From Escherichia coli O157 typing phage 7: DNA of 64,000 nt. Positions 1 to 10,662 of the stretch are shown here, piece after piece; the first letter of the stretch is position 1; every line of letters starts with the position of its first letter. The position numbers and the translations under genes are program-made. The stretch lies in the sequence record KP869105; one strand, written 5' to 3'. A model generated the notes under the pieces. It was not told where the DNA came from and did no database searches. It saw nothing but the letters and a program-made list of their open reading frames with translations.

Positions 1-3000
1 ACTAATGACTCATCCAAAATCACAGATAGTTTTAATTTTTAGTAATCGTCTGTGGCAAATGTATGTTGCTGATTATAGCAGAGAAGCGGCAGTTGTAACA
101 CCGGCAAGTCTTTATCAAGCGCAATCAAACGATTTTATCGTGTGTAGATTTACTTCTGCTTCAGCAATTAATATTAAACTTCCTAGATTTGCTAATCATG
201 GGGATATTATTAATTTTGTTGATTTAGATAAATTAAATCCGTTATATCATACTATCGTTACTACATACGATGAAACTACTTCTGTNNNNNNNNNNCGTAG
301 ATTTACTTCTGCTTCAGCAATTAATATTAAACTTCCTAGATTTGCTAATCATGGGGATATTATTAATTTTGTTGATTTAGATAAATTAAATCCGTTATAT
401 CATACTATCGTTACTACATACGATGAAACTACTTCTGTACAAGAAGTTGGAACTCATTCCATTGAAGGTCGTACATCTATTGATGGTTTCTTGATGTTTG
501 ATGATAATGAGAAATTGTGGAGATTGTTTGACGGGGATAGTAAAGCACGTTTACGCATTATAACGACTAATTCTAATATTCGTCCAAATGAAGAAGTCAT
601 GGTATTTGGCGCGAATAATGGAACAACCCAAACAATTGAACTTCAGCTTCCAACTGATATTTCTATCGGTGATACTGTTAAGATTTCCATGAATTATATG
701 AGAAAAGGACAAACAGTTAAAATCAAAGCTGCCGGTGAAGATAAAATTGCTTCTTCAGTTCAATTGCTGCAATTTCCAAAACGTTCAGAATACCCACCTG
801 AAACTAAATGGGTGACTGTTCAAGAATTAGTTTTTAATGGCGAAACCAATTATGTTCCAGTTTTACAGCTTGCTTATATCGAAGATTCTGACGGAAAATA
901 TTGGGTTGTACAGCAAAACGTTCCAACTGTAGAAAGAGTAGACTCTTTAAATAATTCTACTAGAGCAAGATTAGGGGTAATTGCTTTAGCTACACAAGCT
1001 CAAGCTAATGCTGATTTAGAAAATTCTCCACAAAAAGAATTGGCAATTACTCCAGAAACGTTAGCTAATCGTACTGCTACAGAAACTCGTAGAGGTATTG
1101 CAAGAATAGCAACTACTGCTCAAGTTAACCAGGATACTACATTCTCTTTTGCTGATGATATTATCATCACTCCTAAAAAGCTGAATGAAAGAACAGCTAC
1201 TGAAACTCGTAGGGGTGTCGCTGAAATTGCTACGCAACAGGAAACTAATACAGGTACTGATGATACGACAATCATCACTCCTAAAAAGCTTCAAGCTCGC
1301 CAAGGTTCTGAATCATTATCTGGTATTGTAACTTTTGTATCTACTGCAGGTGCTACTCCAGCTTCTAGCCGTGAATTAAATGGTACGAATGTTTATAATA
1401 AAAACACTAATAATTTAGTTGTTTCACCTAAAGCTTTGGATCAGTATAAAGCTACTCCAACACAGCAAGGTGCAGTAATTTTAGCAGTTGAAAGTGAAGT
1501 AATTGCTGGTCAAAGTCAAGAAGGATGGGCAAATGCTGTTGTAACTCCAGAAACGTTACACAAAAAGACATCAACTGATGGAAGAATTGGATTAATTGAA
1601 ATTGCTACGCAAAGTGAAGTTAATACAGGAACTGATTATACTCGTGCAGTCACTCCTAAAACTTTAAATGACCGTAGAGCAACTGAAAGTTTAAGTGGTA
1701 TAGCTGAAATTGCTACACAAGTTGAATTCGACGCGGGCGTCGACGATACTCGTATCTCTACACCATTAAAAATTAAAACCAGATTTAATAGTACTGATCG
1801 TACTTCTGTTGTTGCTCTATCTGGATTAGTTGAATCAGGAACTCTCTGGGACCATTATACCCTTAATATTCTTGAAGCAAACGAGACACAACGTGGTACA
1901 CTTCGTGTAGCTACACAAGTCGAAGCTGCTGCAGGAACATTAGATAATGTTTTAATAACTCCTAAAAAGCTTTTAGGTACTAAATCTACTGAAGCGCAAG
2001 AAGGTGTTATTAAAGTTGCAACACAAACCGAAACTGTTGCTGGTACATCATCTAATACTGCTGTATCTCCAAAGAATTTAAAATGGATCGTGCAGAGTGA
2101 ACCTACTTGGGCAGCTACTACTACAGTAAGAGGCTTTGTTAAAACTTCATCTGGTTCAATTACATTCGTTGGTAATGATACAGCCGGTTCTACTCAGGAC
2201 TTAGAGCTATACGAGAAAAATAGCTATGCAGTATCACCATACGAATTAAACCGTGTATTAGCAAATTATTTGCCATTAAAAGCAAAAGCTGCAGATAGTA
2301 ATTTATTGGATGGTCTAGATTCATCTCAGTTCATTCGTAGGGATATTGCACAGACGGTTAATGGTTCACTAACCTTAACCCAACAAACGAATCTGAGTGC
2401 CCCTCTTGTATCATCTAGTACTGCTACGTTTGGTGGATCAGTTTCGGCAAATAGTACATTAACTATTTCTAATACTGGAACGGCAACTCGTCTGATTTTT
2501 GAGAAAGGACCTCAAACTGGAACAAACCCAGCCCAAACGATGACTGTTAGAGTGTGGGGAAATCAATTTAGTGGGGAATTAGATACAACACGTTCTACCG
2601 TATTTGAAGTTAGTGATGAAACATCTAGTCATTTTTATTCTCAGCGCAATAAAGCTGGAAATATAACATTTAATATCAACGGTACAGTAACACCTATAAA
2701 TGTTAATGCTTCAGGAACATTGAATGCAAATGGTGTAGCAACATTTGGTAATTCAGTCACTGCAACTGGTGAAATTATTTCTCGAAGCGCAAATGCTTTC
2801 CGTGCTATTAACGGAAATTACGGTTTCATTGTTCGCAATGATGGATCAGTAACGAATTTTATGCTTACTGCATCGGGTGATCAGACTGGTGGATTTAATG
2901 GATTACGCCCATTAGCTATTAATAATGCATCTGGCCAAGTAACGATTGGTGAAAGCTTAATCATTGCCAAAGGTGCTACTATAAATTCAGGTGGTTTGAC

Positions 3001-3514
3001 TGTTAACTCGAGAATTCGTTCTCAAGGTACTAAAACATCTGACTTATATACACGTGCGCCAACATCTGATACTGTAGGATTCTGGTCAATTGATATTAAC
3101 GATTCAGCTACTTATAACCAGTTCCCAGGTTATTTTAAAATGGTTGAAAAAACTAATGAAGTGACTGGTCTTCCATATTTAGAACGTGGCGAAGAAGTTA
3201 AATCTCCTGGTACACTGACTCAGTTTGGTAACACACTTGATTCGCTTTACCAAGATTGGATTACTTATCCAACGACACCAGAAGCGCGTACCACTCGCTG
3301 GACACGTACATGGCAGAAAACCAAAAACTCTTGGTCAAGTTTTGTTCAGGTATTTGATGGAGGTAACCCTCCTCAGCCATCTGATATTGGTGCTTTACCA
3401 TCTGATAATGCTATAATGGGGAATCTTACTATTCGTGATTTCTTACGAATTGGTAATGTTCGCATTATTCCTGACCCAGTGAATAAAACTGTTAAATTTG
3501 AATGGGTTGAATAA
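1..3514 (+). CDS. 34: Long tail fibre proximal subunit gp34 (5' partial; gene continues upstream of window; contains N-gap and duplicated block at 144-438)
   Basis: ORF track 5..3514 and frame is open to position 1; translation matches remembered T4 gp34 C-terminal two-thirds including repeated TPKKL/ATE(T/S)RRG/IAT motifs; followed by genes 35-36-37 as in T4. Confidence 0.9.
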   Translation, partial: LMTHPKSQIVLIFSNRLWQMYVADYSREAAVVTPASLYQAQSNDFIVCRFTSASAINIKLPRFANHGDIINFVDLDKLNPLYHTIVTTYDETTSXXXXRRFTSASAINIKLPRFANHGDIINFVDLDKLNPLYHTIVTTYDETTSVQEVGTHSIEGRTSIDGFLMFDDNEKLWRLFDGDSKARLRIITTNSNIRPNEEVMVFGANNGTTQTIELQLPTDISIGDTVKISMNYMRKGQTVKIKAAGEDKIASSVQLLQFPKRSEYPPETKWVTVQELVFNGETNYVPVLQLAYIEDSDGKYWVVQQNVPTVERVDSLNNSTRARLGVIALATQAQANADLENSPQKELAITPETLANRTATETRRGIARIATTAQVNQDTTFSFADDIIITPKKLNERTATETRRGVAEIATQQETNTGTDDTTIITPKKLQARQGSESLSGIVTFVSTAGATPASSRELNGTNVYNKNTNNLVVSPKALDQYKATPTQQGAVILAVESEVIAGQSQEGWANAVVTPETLHKKTSTDGRIGLIEIATQSEVNTGTDYTRAVTPKTLNDRRATESLSGIAEIATQVEFDAGVDDTRISTPLKIKTRFNSTDRTSVVALSGLVESGTLWDHYTLNILEANETQRGTLRVATQVEAAAGTLDNVLITPKKLLGTKSTEAQEGVIKVATQTETVAGTSSNTAVSPKNLKWIVQSEPTWAATTTVRGFVKTSSGSITFVGNDTAGSTQDLELYEKNSYAVSPYELNRVLANYLPLKAKAADSNLLDGLDSSQFIRRDIAQTVNGSLTLTQQTNLSAPLVSSSTATFGGSVSANSTLTISNTGTATRLIFEKGPQTGTNPAQTMTVRVWGNQFSGELDTTRSTVFEVSDETSSHFYSQRNKAGNITFNINGTVTPINVNASGTLNANGVATFGNSVTATGEIISRSANAFRAINGNYGFIVRNDGSVTNFMLTASGDQTGGFNGLRPLAINNASGQVTIGESLIIAKGATINSGGLTVNSRIRSQGTKTSDLYTRAPTSDTVGFWSIDINDSATYNQFPGYFKMVEKTNEVTGLPYLERGEEVKSPGTLTQFGNTLDSLYQDWITYPTTPEARTTRWTRTWQKTKNSWSSFVQVFDGGNPPQPSDIGALPSDNAIMGNLTIRDFLRIGNVRIIPDPVNKTVKFEWVE
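144..438 (+). repeat. 142-bp perfect direct duplication flanking the N-gap (copy 144-285 and copy 297-438)
   Basis: Identical nucleotide strings on both sides of the N run; encoded peptide RFTSASAINIKLPRFANHGDIINFVDLDKLNPLYHTIVTTYDETTS appears twice. Confidence 0.9.
286..295. other. Run of 10 N (scaffold/assembly gap) inside gene 34
   Basis: Literal nnnnnnnnnn in sequence; gives XXXX in ORF translation. Confidence 1.
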
Positions 3515-3522
3515 GAGGTATT

Positions 3523-4638
3523 ATGGAAAAATTTATGGCAAAGTTTGGACAAGGATATGTCCAAACGCCATTTTTATCGGAAAGTAATTCAGTAAGATAT
3601 AAAATAAGTATAGCGGGTTCTTGCCCGCTTTCTACAGCAGGACCATATGTCAAATTTCAGGATAATCCTATCGGAAGTCAAACATTTAACGCAGGTCTTC
3701 ATTTAAGAGTTTTTGACCCTTCTACAGGAGCATTGGTTGATAGTAAGTCATATGTTTTTTCTACTTCAAATGATACAACATCTGCTGCTTTTGTTAGTTT
3801 CATGAACTCTTTGACGAATAATAGACTTGTTGCTATATTAACTAGCGGAAAGGTTAATTTTCCTCCTGAGGTAGTATCTTGGCTAAGAGTTGCGGGAACG
3901 TCTGCTTTTCCATCTGATTCTATATTGTCAAGATTTGACGTATCATATGCTGCCTTTTATACTTCTTCTAAAAGAGCTATTGCATTAGAACATGTTAAAC
4001 TGAGTAATAGAAAAAGCACAGATGATTATCAAACTATTTTAGATGTTGTATTTGACAGTTTAGAAGACGTTGGAGCTACCGGGTTTCCAAGAAGAACATA
4101 TGAAAGCGTTGAGCAGTTTATGTCAGCGGTTGGTGGAACTAATAACGAAATTGCACGTCTACCAACTTCATCCGCGATAAGTAAACTTTCTGACTACAAT
4201 TTAATTCCTGGCGATGTTCTTTATCTTAAAGCACAACTATATGCTGATGCCGATTTACTTGCTCTTGGAACTACAAATATATCCATCCGTTTTTATGATG
4301 AATCGGATGGATATATTTCTTCAACACATGCTGAGTTTACTGGACAAGCTGAGTCATGGGAATTAAAGGAAGACTATGTAGTTGTTCCTGAAAATGCAGT
4401 AGGATTTACGATATATGCACAAAGAACTGCACAAGCAGGTCAAGGTGGCATGAGGAATTTAAGTTTTTCTGAAGTATCAAGAAATGGCGGAATTTCAAAA
4501 CCTGCAGAATTTGGCGTCAATGGTATTCGAGTTAATTATGTCTGTGAATCTGCTTCACCTCCAGATATAATGGTATTTCCTACACAAGCATCGTCTAAAA
4601 CTGGTAAAGTGTTTGGACAAGAATTTAGAGAAGTTTAA
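3523..4638 (+). CDS. 35: Long tail fibre hinge connector gp35
   Basis: 371-aa ORF (T4 gp35 about 372 aa), sequence matches remembered T4 gp35 (MEKFMA.FGQGYVQTPFLSESNSVRYKISIAGSCPL...), RBS AAGAGG upstream, position between 34 and 36. Confidence 0.9.
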   Translation: MEKFMAKFGQGYVQTPFLSESNSVRYKISIAGSCPLSTAGPYVKFQDNPIGSQTFNAGLHLRVFDPSTGALVDSKSYVFSTSNDTTSAAFVSFMNSLTNNRLVAILTSGKVNFPPEVVSWLRVAGTSAFPSDSILSRFDVSYAAFYTSSKRAIALEHVKLSNRKSTDDYQTILDVVFDSLEDVGATGFPRRTYESVEQFMSAVGGTNNEIARLPTSSAISKLSDYNLIPGDVLYLKAQLYADADLLALGTTNISIRFYDESDGYISSTHAEFTGQAESWELKEDYVVVPENAVGFTIYAQRTAQAGQGGMRNLSFSEVSRNGGISKPAEFGVNGIRVNYVCESASPPDIMVFPTQASSKTGKVFGQEFREV

Positions 4639-4643
4639 ATTGA

Positions 4644-4670
4644 GGGAGCCTTCGGGTTCCCTTTTTCTTT
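4644..4670 (+). terminator. Stem-loop GGGAGCC-UUCG-GGUUCCC followed by U-run after gene 35
   Basis: 7-bp stem with UUCG tetraloop then TTTTTCTTT on plus strand. Confidence 0.6.
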
Positions 4671-4677
4671 ATAAATA
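4670..4677 (+). promoter_or_regulatory. T4 late promoter consensus TATAAATA upstream of gene 36
   Basis: Exact TATAAATA about 24 nt upstream of gene 36 ATG; gp55-dependent late promoter motif. Confidence 0.6.
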
Positions 4678-4700
4678 CTATTAAAATAAAGGGGCATACA

Positions 4701-5357
4701 ATGGCTGATTTAAAAGTAGGTTCAACAACCGGAGGCTCTGTCATTTGGCATCAAGGAAATTTTCCATTGAATCCAGCCGGTGACGATGTACTCTATAAAT
4801 CATTTAAAATATATTCAGAATATAATAAACCACAAGCTGCTGATAACGATTTCGTTTCTAAAGCTAATGGCGGTACTTATTTAAATAAAGTAATTTTTAA
4901 TAAAGGAATGACTGTTCCTGGCGCAGGGTCAGGTGATAATGGTATTTTTGCTGGTCCTGGTGATAGTGCCACGTATGATACTACAAATATGGATATTGTT
5001 TCGTGGTATGGTATTGGTTTTAAATCATCACAAGGAACAGCAGGTAGAACTGTAGTAATTAACACACGAAATGGAGATATTAGCTCAAAGGGCGTAATTG
5101 AAGCATCACAAATCCGTGTAACTTCGTTATCACCAGTAAATAATTATGACCTTACGCGGAAAGATTATGTTGATGGAGCAATAAATATTGTTACAGCAAA
5201 CGCAAACTCTAGGGTATTACGCTCTGGAGACACTATGACAGGAAATTTAACTGCGCCAAACCTTTTTTCACAGAATCCTGCATCTCAACCCTCGCATGTT
5301 CCACGATTTGACCAAATTGTTATTAAGGATTCTGTTCAAGATTTCGGCTATTATTAA
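4701..5357 (+). CDS. 36: Long tail fibre distal connector gp36
   Basis: 218-aa ORF (T4 gp36 about 221 aa), RBS AAAGGGG, synteny 35-36-37. Confidence 0.9.
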   Translation: MADLKVGSTTGGSVIWHQGNFPLNPAGDDVLYKSFKIYSEYNKPQAADNDFVSKANGGTYLNKVIFNKGMTVPGAGSGDNGIFAGPGDSATYDTTNMDIVSWYGIGFKSSQGTAGRTVVINTRNGDISSKGVIEASQIRVTSLSPVNNYDLTRKDYVDGAINIVTANANSRVLRSGDTMTGNLTAPNLFSQNPASQPSHVPRFDQIVIKDSVQDFGYY

Positions 5358-5365
5358 GAGGACTT

Positions 5366-8300
5366 ATGGCTACTTTAAAACAAATACAATTTAAAAGAAG
5401 CAAAACTGCAGGAGCACGTCCTGCCGCTTCAGTATTAGCCGAAGGTGAATTGGCTATAAACTTAAAAGACCGTGTACTTTTTACTAAAGATGACCAAGGA
5501 AATATTATTGATCTGGGTTTTGCTAAAGGCGGTAGTATTGACGGGAATGTTATTCATACAGGCAATTATAACCAAACTGGCGATTATACTTTAAATGGCA
5601 CATTCACTCAGACAGGTAATTTTAATTTAACTGGTATTGCTCGAGTAACTCGTGATATTATTGCCGCCGGGCAGATTATGACTGAAGGCGGAGAACTTAT
5701 TACAAAAAGTTCAGGTACAGCGCATGTTCGTTTTTTCGATGGCAATAGTCGCGAACGTGGAATCATTTATGCCCCGGCTAATGATGGTTTAACTACACAA
5801 GTACTTAATATCAGGGTTCAAGACTACGCCGCTGGTAGCGAAAGCACTTATGCATTTTCAGGCAGTGGCCTATTTACTTCACCTGAAGTATCAGCATGGA
5901 AATCTATTTCGTCTCCACAAATTCTGACCGATAAAGTTATTACAAATGGGAAGAAGACAGGCGATTATGACATCTATTCATTAGCAAATAACACCCCATT
6001 ATCTGAAAGCACTACTGCTATTAATCATCTTCGTGTCATGCGTAATGCCGTTGGTTCTGGTATTTTCCATGAAGTTAAAGATAATGATGGGATAACCTGG
6101 TATGCCGGTGACGGGTTGGAGGCTTATCTTTGGTCGTTTACGTGGTCCGGTGGGTTGAAAGCGGGTCATTCTATTTCTATAGGTACCCCAGGCGGTCCAA
6201 AAGGATATTCTGAATTAGGAACTGCTTCGATTGCTCTTGGTGATAATGACACCGGGTTAAAATGGCACCATGATGGATATTATTTCAGCGTCAATAATGG
6301 AACGAAAACATTTTTATTTAGTCCTAGCGAAACAACTAGCCTAAGAAAATTTGTAGCTGGATATTCTACTAACGGAACCGATTTAACTACTCCTCCGACT
6401 GAAAACTATGCTCTTGCTACTGTCGTGACATATCACGATAATAACGCGTTTGGAGATGGTCAAACTCTTTTAGGATATTATCAAGGCGGTAACTATCATC
6501 ACTATTTCCGCGGTAAGGGTACCACAAACATTAATACTCATGGCGGTTTGTTAGTTACTCCAGGTAATATTGACGTTATTGGTGGTTCTGTTAATATCGA
6601 TGGTAGAAATAATTCTTCTACACTGATGTTTAGAGGTAACACAACTGGTAGTAGTTCAGTTGATAATATGACAATTTCCGTTTGGGGCAATACGTTTACT
6701 AATCCTAGTGAAGGTACCCGTAAAAATGTTATGGAAATTTCTGATGCAACTAGCTGGATGAGCTATATTCAACGAACAACTGCAGGTAAAGTTGAATCGG
6801 TTATAAATGGCACCCAGATTGTTAATGAAAACTTGACCGTAGTAAAAAATGCTACATTTGATGGTACAATCAGCGCAGCAGGTGAAATTTCATCTGGTGC
6901 AGTGAATGCGCTTCGCATTTGGAACGCAGATTATGGAGCCATTTTTAGACGTTCAGAAGGTAGTCTTCATATTATTCCAACTGCTTATGGTGAAGGCAAA
7001 AATGGTGATATCGGTCCACTTCGCCCGTTTAGTATGGCTTTAGATACTGGTAAAGTTACTATTCCAGATTTACAATCAAGTTACAATACGTTTGCTGCTA
7101 ACGGTTATATTAAATTTGTTGGTCATGGAGCGGGTGCAGGTGGTTATGATATTCAGTATTCACAAGCTGCTCCTATTTTCCAAGAAATCGATGATGCTGC
7201 TGTAAGCAAATATTATCCTATTGTTAAACAGAAGTTTTTAAATGGTAAAGCTGTCTGGTCTTTGGGTACTGAAATTAATTCAGGTACATTTGTTTTACAT
7301 CATTTGAAAGAAGATGGTTCACAAGGCCATACATCAAGATTTAATGCTGATGGTACAGTTAATTTCCCCGATAATGTTCAAGTCGGCGGCGGTGAAGCTA
7401 CTATTGCTAGAAACGGTAATATCTTCTCTGATATTTGGAAAACATTTACTTCTGCCGGAGATACTACAAATATTCACGATGCGATAGCTACTCGTGTTGC
7501 CAAAGAAGGCGATACGATGACTGGCAAATTAATCGTTAGAAGAGGCTCTGACGCTATTAACATTGCTGCCGATGAAAATGATTCTTGCTATTTACTTGGA
7601 ACATCGGGTGGAGCGAATTCATGGTACATCGGTAAAGGAGGAGCAGATGACACTGCTTCATTTTATAATTTCAAAACTACCGCAGGAATTACTCTTAATA
7701 GTGTTGGTGATATTGATTTTAACGTCAAAAATCAAGCTACTGCAGCTTCATTAAATTTTTATCGTTTATATTTAAATGGAAGACAATGGACAGCTACACA
7801 AGGTCACGGCTATAATAATCAATGGCAAACAGAAGCCCCATTCTTCGTTGACTTTGGTGAATCTGTTCCGAAAGATAGTTATATGCCTATAATTAAAGGA
7901 AGAAGCCAAATCATTAACGAAGGATATGCCACAAAGGCAGATTTTGGTATTATTCGATTGGGTGGAAATGCTACTTGGGGAAATGCAGTAATTCGTGTTG
8001 GTTCTGCGGAAAGCGGAGATAGCAGTCATCCTAATGCAATATTTGTGTTTCAGGCTAATGGTGATTTTAAAGCTCCGGCTGGCCTTCGTGCTGGTGTTAA
8101 CTTGGGCGTCGGCACAATTCCAGTATGGGGCGGAGCATCTATCGCCATCGGGGATGATGATACCGGTTTAGTTCATGGCGGCGATGGTCGAATTAATATG
8201 TATGCTAACTCGCAGCATATAGCATCATGGGGCACGATGTATCAATCTCATCCAGGCCTTTGGGATTCAAATGGAGCTTTTTGGACAGAAGTTGGCAAAG

Positions 8301-8710
8301 CAATTATTTCTCATGGCCATTTAGTTCAGGCGAATGACAGCTATTCAACGTATGTCCGCGATGTTTATGTCCGCTCTGATATTCGTGTTAAAAAGGACCT
8401 AGTTAAATTTGAAAATGCTTCTGAGAAGCTTTCAAAAATTAATGGTTACACTTATATGCAGAAGCGAGGCCTAGATGAAGAAGGTAATCAGAAATGGGAA
8501 CCAAACGCTGGGTTAATTGCTCAAGAAGTTCAAGCTATTTTACCTGAATTGGTTGAAGGCGATCAGGATAGTGAAGCTTTACTTCGTTTGAACTATAACG
8601 GTGTAATTGGTTTAAATACAGCTGCAATCAATGAGCATACTGCAGAAATTGCAGAACTTAAGTCAGAGATTGAAGAGCTTAAAAAATTAGTTAAATCATT
8701 GTTAAAATAA
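5366..8710 (+). CDS. 37: Long tail fibre distal subunit gp37, T2-type with C-terminal intramolecular chaperone (S74-like) domain
   Basis: 1114-aa ORF; N-terminus [13 protein letters not shown] as T4 gp37; C-terminus has [11 protein letters not shown]...NYNGVIGL...coiled-coil tail typical of auto-cleaved chaperone domains; lacks T4 His-box tip. Confidence 0.9.
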   Translation: MATLKQIQFKRSKTAGARPAASVLAEGELAINLKDRVLFTKDDQGNIIDLGFAKGGSIDGNVIHTGNYNQTGDYTLNGTFTQTGNFNLTGIARVTRDIIAAGQIMTEGGELITKSSGTAHVRFFDGNSRERGIIYAPANDGLTTQVLNIRVQDYAAGSESTYAFSGSGLFTSPEVSAWKSISSPQILTDKVITNGKKTGDYDIYSLANNTPLSESTTAINHLRVMRNAVGSGIFHEVKDNDGITWYAGDGLEAYLWSFTWSGGLKAGHSISIGTPGGPKGYSELGTASIALGDNDTGLKWHHDGYYFSVNNGTKTFLFSPSETTSLRKFVAGYSTNGTDLTTPPTENYALATVVTYHDNNAFGDGQTLLGYYQGGNYHHYFRGKGTTNINTHGGLLVTPGNIDVIGGSVNIDGRNNSSTLMFRGNTTGSSSVDNMTISVWGNTFTNPSEGTRKNVMEISDATSWMSYIQRTTAGKVESVINGTQIVNENLTVVKNATFDGTISAAGEISSGAVNALRIWNADYGAIFRRSEGSLHIIPTAYGEGKNGDIGPLRPFSMALDTGKVTIPDLQSSYNTFAANGYIKFVGHGAGAGGYDIQYSQAAPIFQEIDDAAVSKYYPIVKQKFLNGKAVWSLGTEINSGTFVLHHLKEDGSQGHTSRFNADGTVNFPDNVQVGGGEATIARNGNIFSDIWKTFTSAGDTTNIHDAIATRVAKEGDTMTGKLIVRRGSDAINIAADENDSCYLLGTSGGANSWYIGKGGADDTASFYNFKTTAGITLNSVGDIDFNVKNQATAASLNFYRLYLNGRQWTATQGHGYNNQWQTEAPFFVDFGESVPKDSYMPIIKGRSQIINEGYATKADFGIIRLGGNATWGNAVIRVGSAESGDSSHPNAIFVFQANGDFKAPAGLRAGVNLGVGTIPVWGGASIAIGDDDTGLVHGGDGRINMYANSQHIASWGTMYQSHPGLWDSNGAFWTEVGKAIISHGHLVQANDSYSTYVRDVYVRSDIRVKKDLVKFENASEKLSKINGYTYMQKRGLDEEGNQKWEPNAGLIAQEVQAILPELVEGDQDSEALLRLNYNGVIGLNTAAINEHTAEIAELKSEIEELKKLVKSLLK

Positions 8711-8714
8711 AATG

Positions 8715-8730
8715 AGGGGCTTCGGCCCCT
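8715..8730 (+). promoter_or_regulatory. Stem-loop AGGGGC-UUCG-GCCCCU between gene 37 stop and gene 38 RBS
   Basis: Perfect 6-bp stem with UUCG tetraloop immediately followed by GGAGG RBS; no U-run. Confidence 0.4.
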
Positions 8731-8741
8731 TGGAGGTTTAT

Positions 8742-9536
8742 ATGGCAGTTGAAGGACCGTGGGTAGGATGGTCTGCGAGGGTACAAACTGGAGACCCTTG
8801 GATGGGTGGTGCCGCGCTGAGATTGAGAATGGGAATTCCGTTTTGGATGAGTAATATGATAGGTCGATCTGTTGAAGTAATTCACACCCTTGGAGCGGAC
8901 CATAACTTCAATGGTCAATGGTTCCGAGATAGATGTTTTGAGGCAGGTAGTGCACCTATAGTGTTTAATATTACCGGAAATTTGGTATCATATTCTAGAG
9001 ACGTTCCTTTATTCTTCATGTACGGAGATACACCTAATGAATATGTTCAGTTGAATATTGGTGGCGGCGTCCATATGTGGGGTAGAGGTGGACAAGGTGG
9101 ATGGACTCATTCCGGCGGAGATGGTAATGGTCAACAAGGTGGTCATTGTATTCAAAATGACATCGGTGGACGATTAAGAATTAATAACGGTGGAGTAATT
9201 TGTGGTGGAGGTGGAGGTGGAGGTGGTATCGCTTATCGTCCTCACTCTGGTGCAAATTGGCAAGATATTGGTGGTGGTGGAGGAAGACCATTTGGCCCAG
9301 GAGGAGGCGGAGGTTATTCCGGCGGCGCAGCTTCTTATGATGGCCCAGGAGGTGGTTATAATTATGGTAATGCTCACTCTGGCCAGGGTGGTGATGCTGG
9401 CGCAAATGGACAAAATGCCTGGCATGATGGCGGTAAAGTTCTAAAAGTTGGAGCTGGTGGCGCTGCCGGATATGCTGTTATAGGATCAGCTCCAACATGG
9501 CAAAATGTTGGAGTAATATATGGTCCAAGGGTATAA
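8742..9536 (+). CDS. 38: Tail fibre adhesin gp38 (T2-type, glycine-rich motifs)
   Basis: ORF track start 8712 trimmed to ATG 8742 preceded by GGAGG; protein [10 protein letters not shown]... with poly-Gly blocks ([20 protein letters not shown]) separated by variable segments; 264 aa versus T4 gp38 about 183 aa. Confidence 0.8.
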   Translation: MAVEGPWVGWSARVQTGDPWMGGAALRLRMGIPFWMSNMIGRSVEVIHTLGADHNFNGQWFRDRCFEAGSAPIVFNITGNLVSYSRDVPLFFMYGDTPNEYVQLNIGGGVHMWGRGGQGGWTHSGGDGNGQQGGHCIQNDIGGRLRINNGGVICGGGGGGGGIAYRPHSGANWQDIGGGGGRPFGPGGGGGYSGGAASYDGPGGGYNYGNAHSGQGGDAGANGQNAWHDGGKVLKVGAGGAAGYAVIGSAPTWQNVGVIYGPRV

Positions 9537-9538
9537 TT

Positions 9539-9546
9539 TTGAATAA
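9539..9546 (+). promoter_or_regulatory. Late-promoter-like AATAAATA upstream of holin t
   Basis: 7/8 match to TATAAATA about 22 nt upstream of t ATG. Confidence 0.35.
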
Positions 9547-9567
9547 ATATCCTTAAAAGGAGGGTCT

Positions 9568-10224
9568 ATGGCAGCACCTAGAATATCATTTTCGCCCTCT
9601 GATATTCTATTTGGTGTTCTAGATCGCTTGTTCAAAGATAACGCTACCGGGAAAGTTCTTGCTTCCCGGGTAGCTGTCGTAATTCTTTTATTTATGATGG
9701 CGATTGTTTGGTATAGGGGAGATAGTTTCTTTGAGTACTATAAGCAATCAAAGTATGAAACATACAGTGAAATTATTGAAAAGGAAAGAAACGCACGCTT
9801 TGAATCTGTCGCCCTGGAACAACTCCAGATAGTTCACATATCATCTGAGGCAGACTTTAGTGCGGTGTATTCTTTCCGCCCTAAAAACTTAAACTATTTT
9901 GTTGATATTATAGCATATGAAGGAAAATTACCTTCAACAATAAGTGAAAAATCACTTGGAGGATATCCTGTTGATAAAACTATGGATGAATATACAGTTC
10001 ATTTAAATGGACGTCATTATTATTCCAACTCAAAATTTGCTTTTTTACCAACTAAAAAGCCTACTCCCGAAATAAACTACATGTACAGTTGTCCATATTT
10101 TAATTTGGATAACATCTATGCTGGAACAATAACCATGTACTGGTATAGAAATGATCATATAAGTAATGACCGCCTTGAATCAATATGTTCTCAGGCGGCC
10201 AGAATATTAGGAAGGGCTAAATAA
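9568..10224 (+). CDS. t: Holin t
   Basis: 218-aa ORF identical in length to T4 holin and matching remembered sequence (MAAPRISFSPSDILFGVLDRLFKDNATGKVLASR...); strong RBS AAAGGAGGG. Confidence 0.95.
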   Translation: MAAPRISFSPSDILFGVLDRLFKDNATGKVLASRVAVVILLFMMAIVWYRGDSFFEYYKQSKYETYSEIIEKERNARFESVALEQLQIVHISSEADFSAVYSFRPKNLNYFVDIIAYEGKLPSTISEKSLGGYPVDKTMDEYTVHLNGRHYYSNSKFAFLPTKKPTPEINYMYSCPYFNLDNIYAGTITMYWYRNDHISNDRLESICSQAARILGRAK

Positions 10225-10497
10225 TTATTTGTTTGTATACATCTCTAGATATCGATATACACCCTCAAAACCCTCGTTGAATTCGTCGATGAGGGTTTTC
10301 TTATCTTCTTGGGTTAATTCAGAAACAATTTTACGGAATGAATTCTGATTTAATTTTCTACCTTCATGCGTTACTCCAATCTCATTCAGAAATGCAATAA
10401 AATTAGCACGATTCTCAACAATATCTTCTCTGGAAAATTTAATCAAAATAGACGCAACAGTAATAATTTCACGAACTGTATCAATATTTTTATTCAT
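10225..10497 (-). CDS. asiA: Anti-sigma-70 protein AsiA
   Basis: 90-aa ORF matching remembered T4 AsiA (MNKNIDTVREIITVASILIKFSREDIVENRANFIAFLNEIGVTHEGRKL...). Confidence 0.95.
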   Translation of the reverse strand: MNKNIDTVREIITVASILIKFSREDIVENRANFIAFLNEIGVTHEGRKLNQNSFRKIVSELTQEDKKTLIDEFNEGFEGVYRYLEMYTNK

Positions 10498-10509
10498 TAA
10501 CTATACCAC

Positions 10510-10662
10510 TCAATTAGTTGACTTTGTTATAATATCATCAGACGCTTGATTTGTAAACTGGTCTGTGTTATTTTCTTCAAAAATTTTTTCTACGAATTCC
10601 TTGAACGACTCACGTTCCTGAGCTACATTATGCTCGATTACCATTTCAAGATTATGACTCAT
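10510..10662 (-). CDS. Small ORF (50 aa) between arn and asiA (asiA.1-like)
   Basis: Manually translated MSHNLEMVIEHNVAQERESFKEF...; ATG overlaps arn stop as ATGA; below ORF-track size cutoff. Confidence 0.4.
   Translation of the reverse strand: MSHNLEMVIEHNVAQERESFKEFVEKIFEENNTDQFTNQASDDIITKSTN
10529..10558 (-). promoter_or_regulatory. T4-type early promoter (GTTTAC -35, TATTAT -10) upstream of asiA
   Basis: Minus strand GTTTAC-N18-TATTAT; member of conserved early promoter family. Confidence 0.55.

Noticed and set aside
1061-1303. Antisense ORF inside gene 34 (80 aa)
   Set aside because: Entirely embedded antisense to a long, well-supported structural gene; no RBS; typical spurious frame.
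8712-8741. Upstream ATG at 8712 as gene 38 start (ORF track)
   Set aside because: It lies directly after the gene 37 stop and within a strong stem-loop; the ATG at 8742 has a proper GGAGG RBS and gives the MAVEG... N-terminus.
9174-9444. Three overlapping ORFs (two minus, one plus) inside gene 38
   Set aside because: Produced by the repetitive GGT/GGA glycine codons of gp38; low-complexity translations (poly-His, poly-Val/Glu); no independent signals.
10262-10296. Inverted repeat AAAACCCTC...GAGGGTTTT near the t/asiA convergent junction as a bidirectional terminator
   Set aside because: It lies inside the asiA coding region and the arms are the coding sequence for ...TLIDEFNEGFEG...; cannot separate structure from coding constraint without folding energies.
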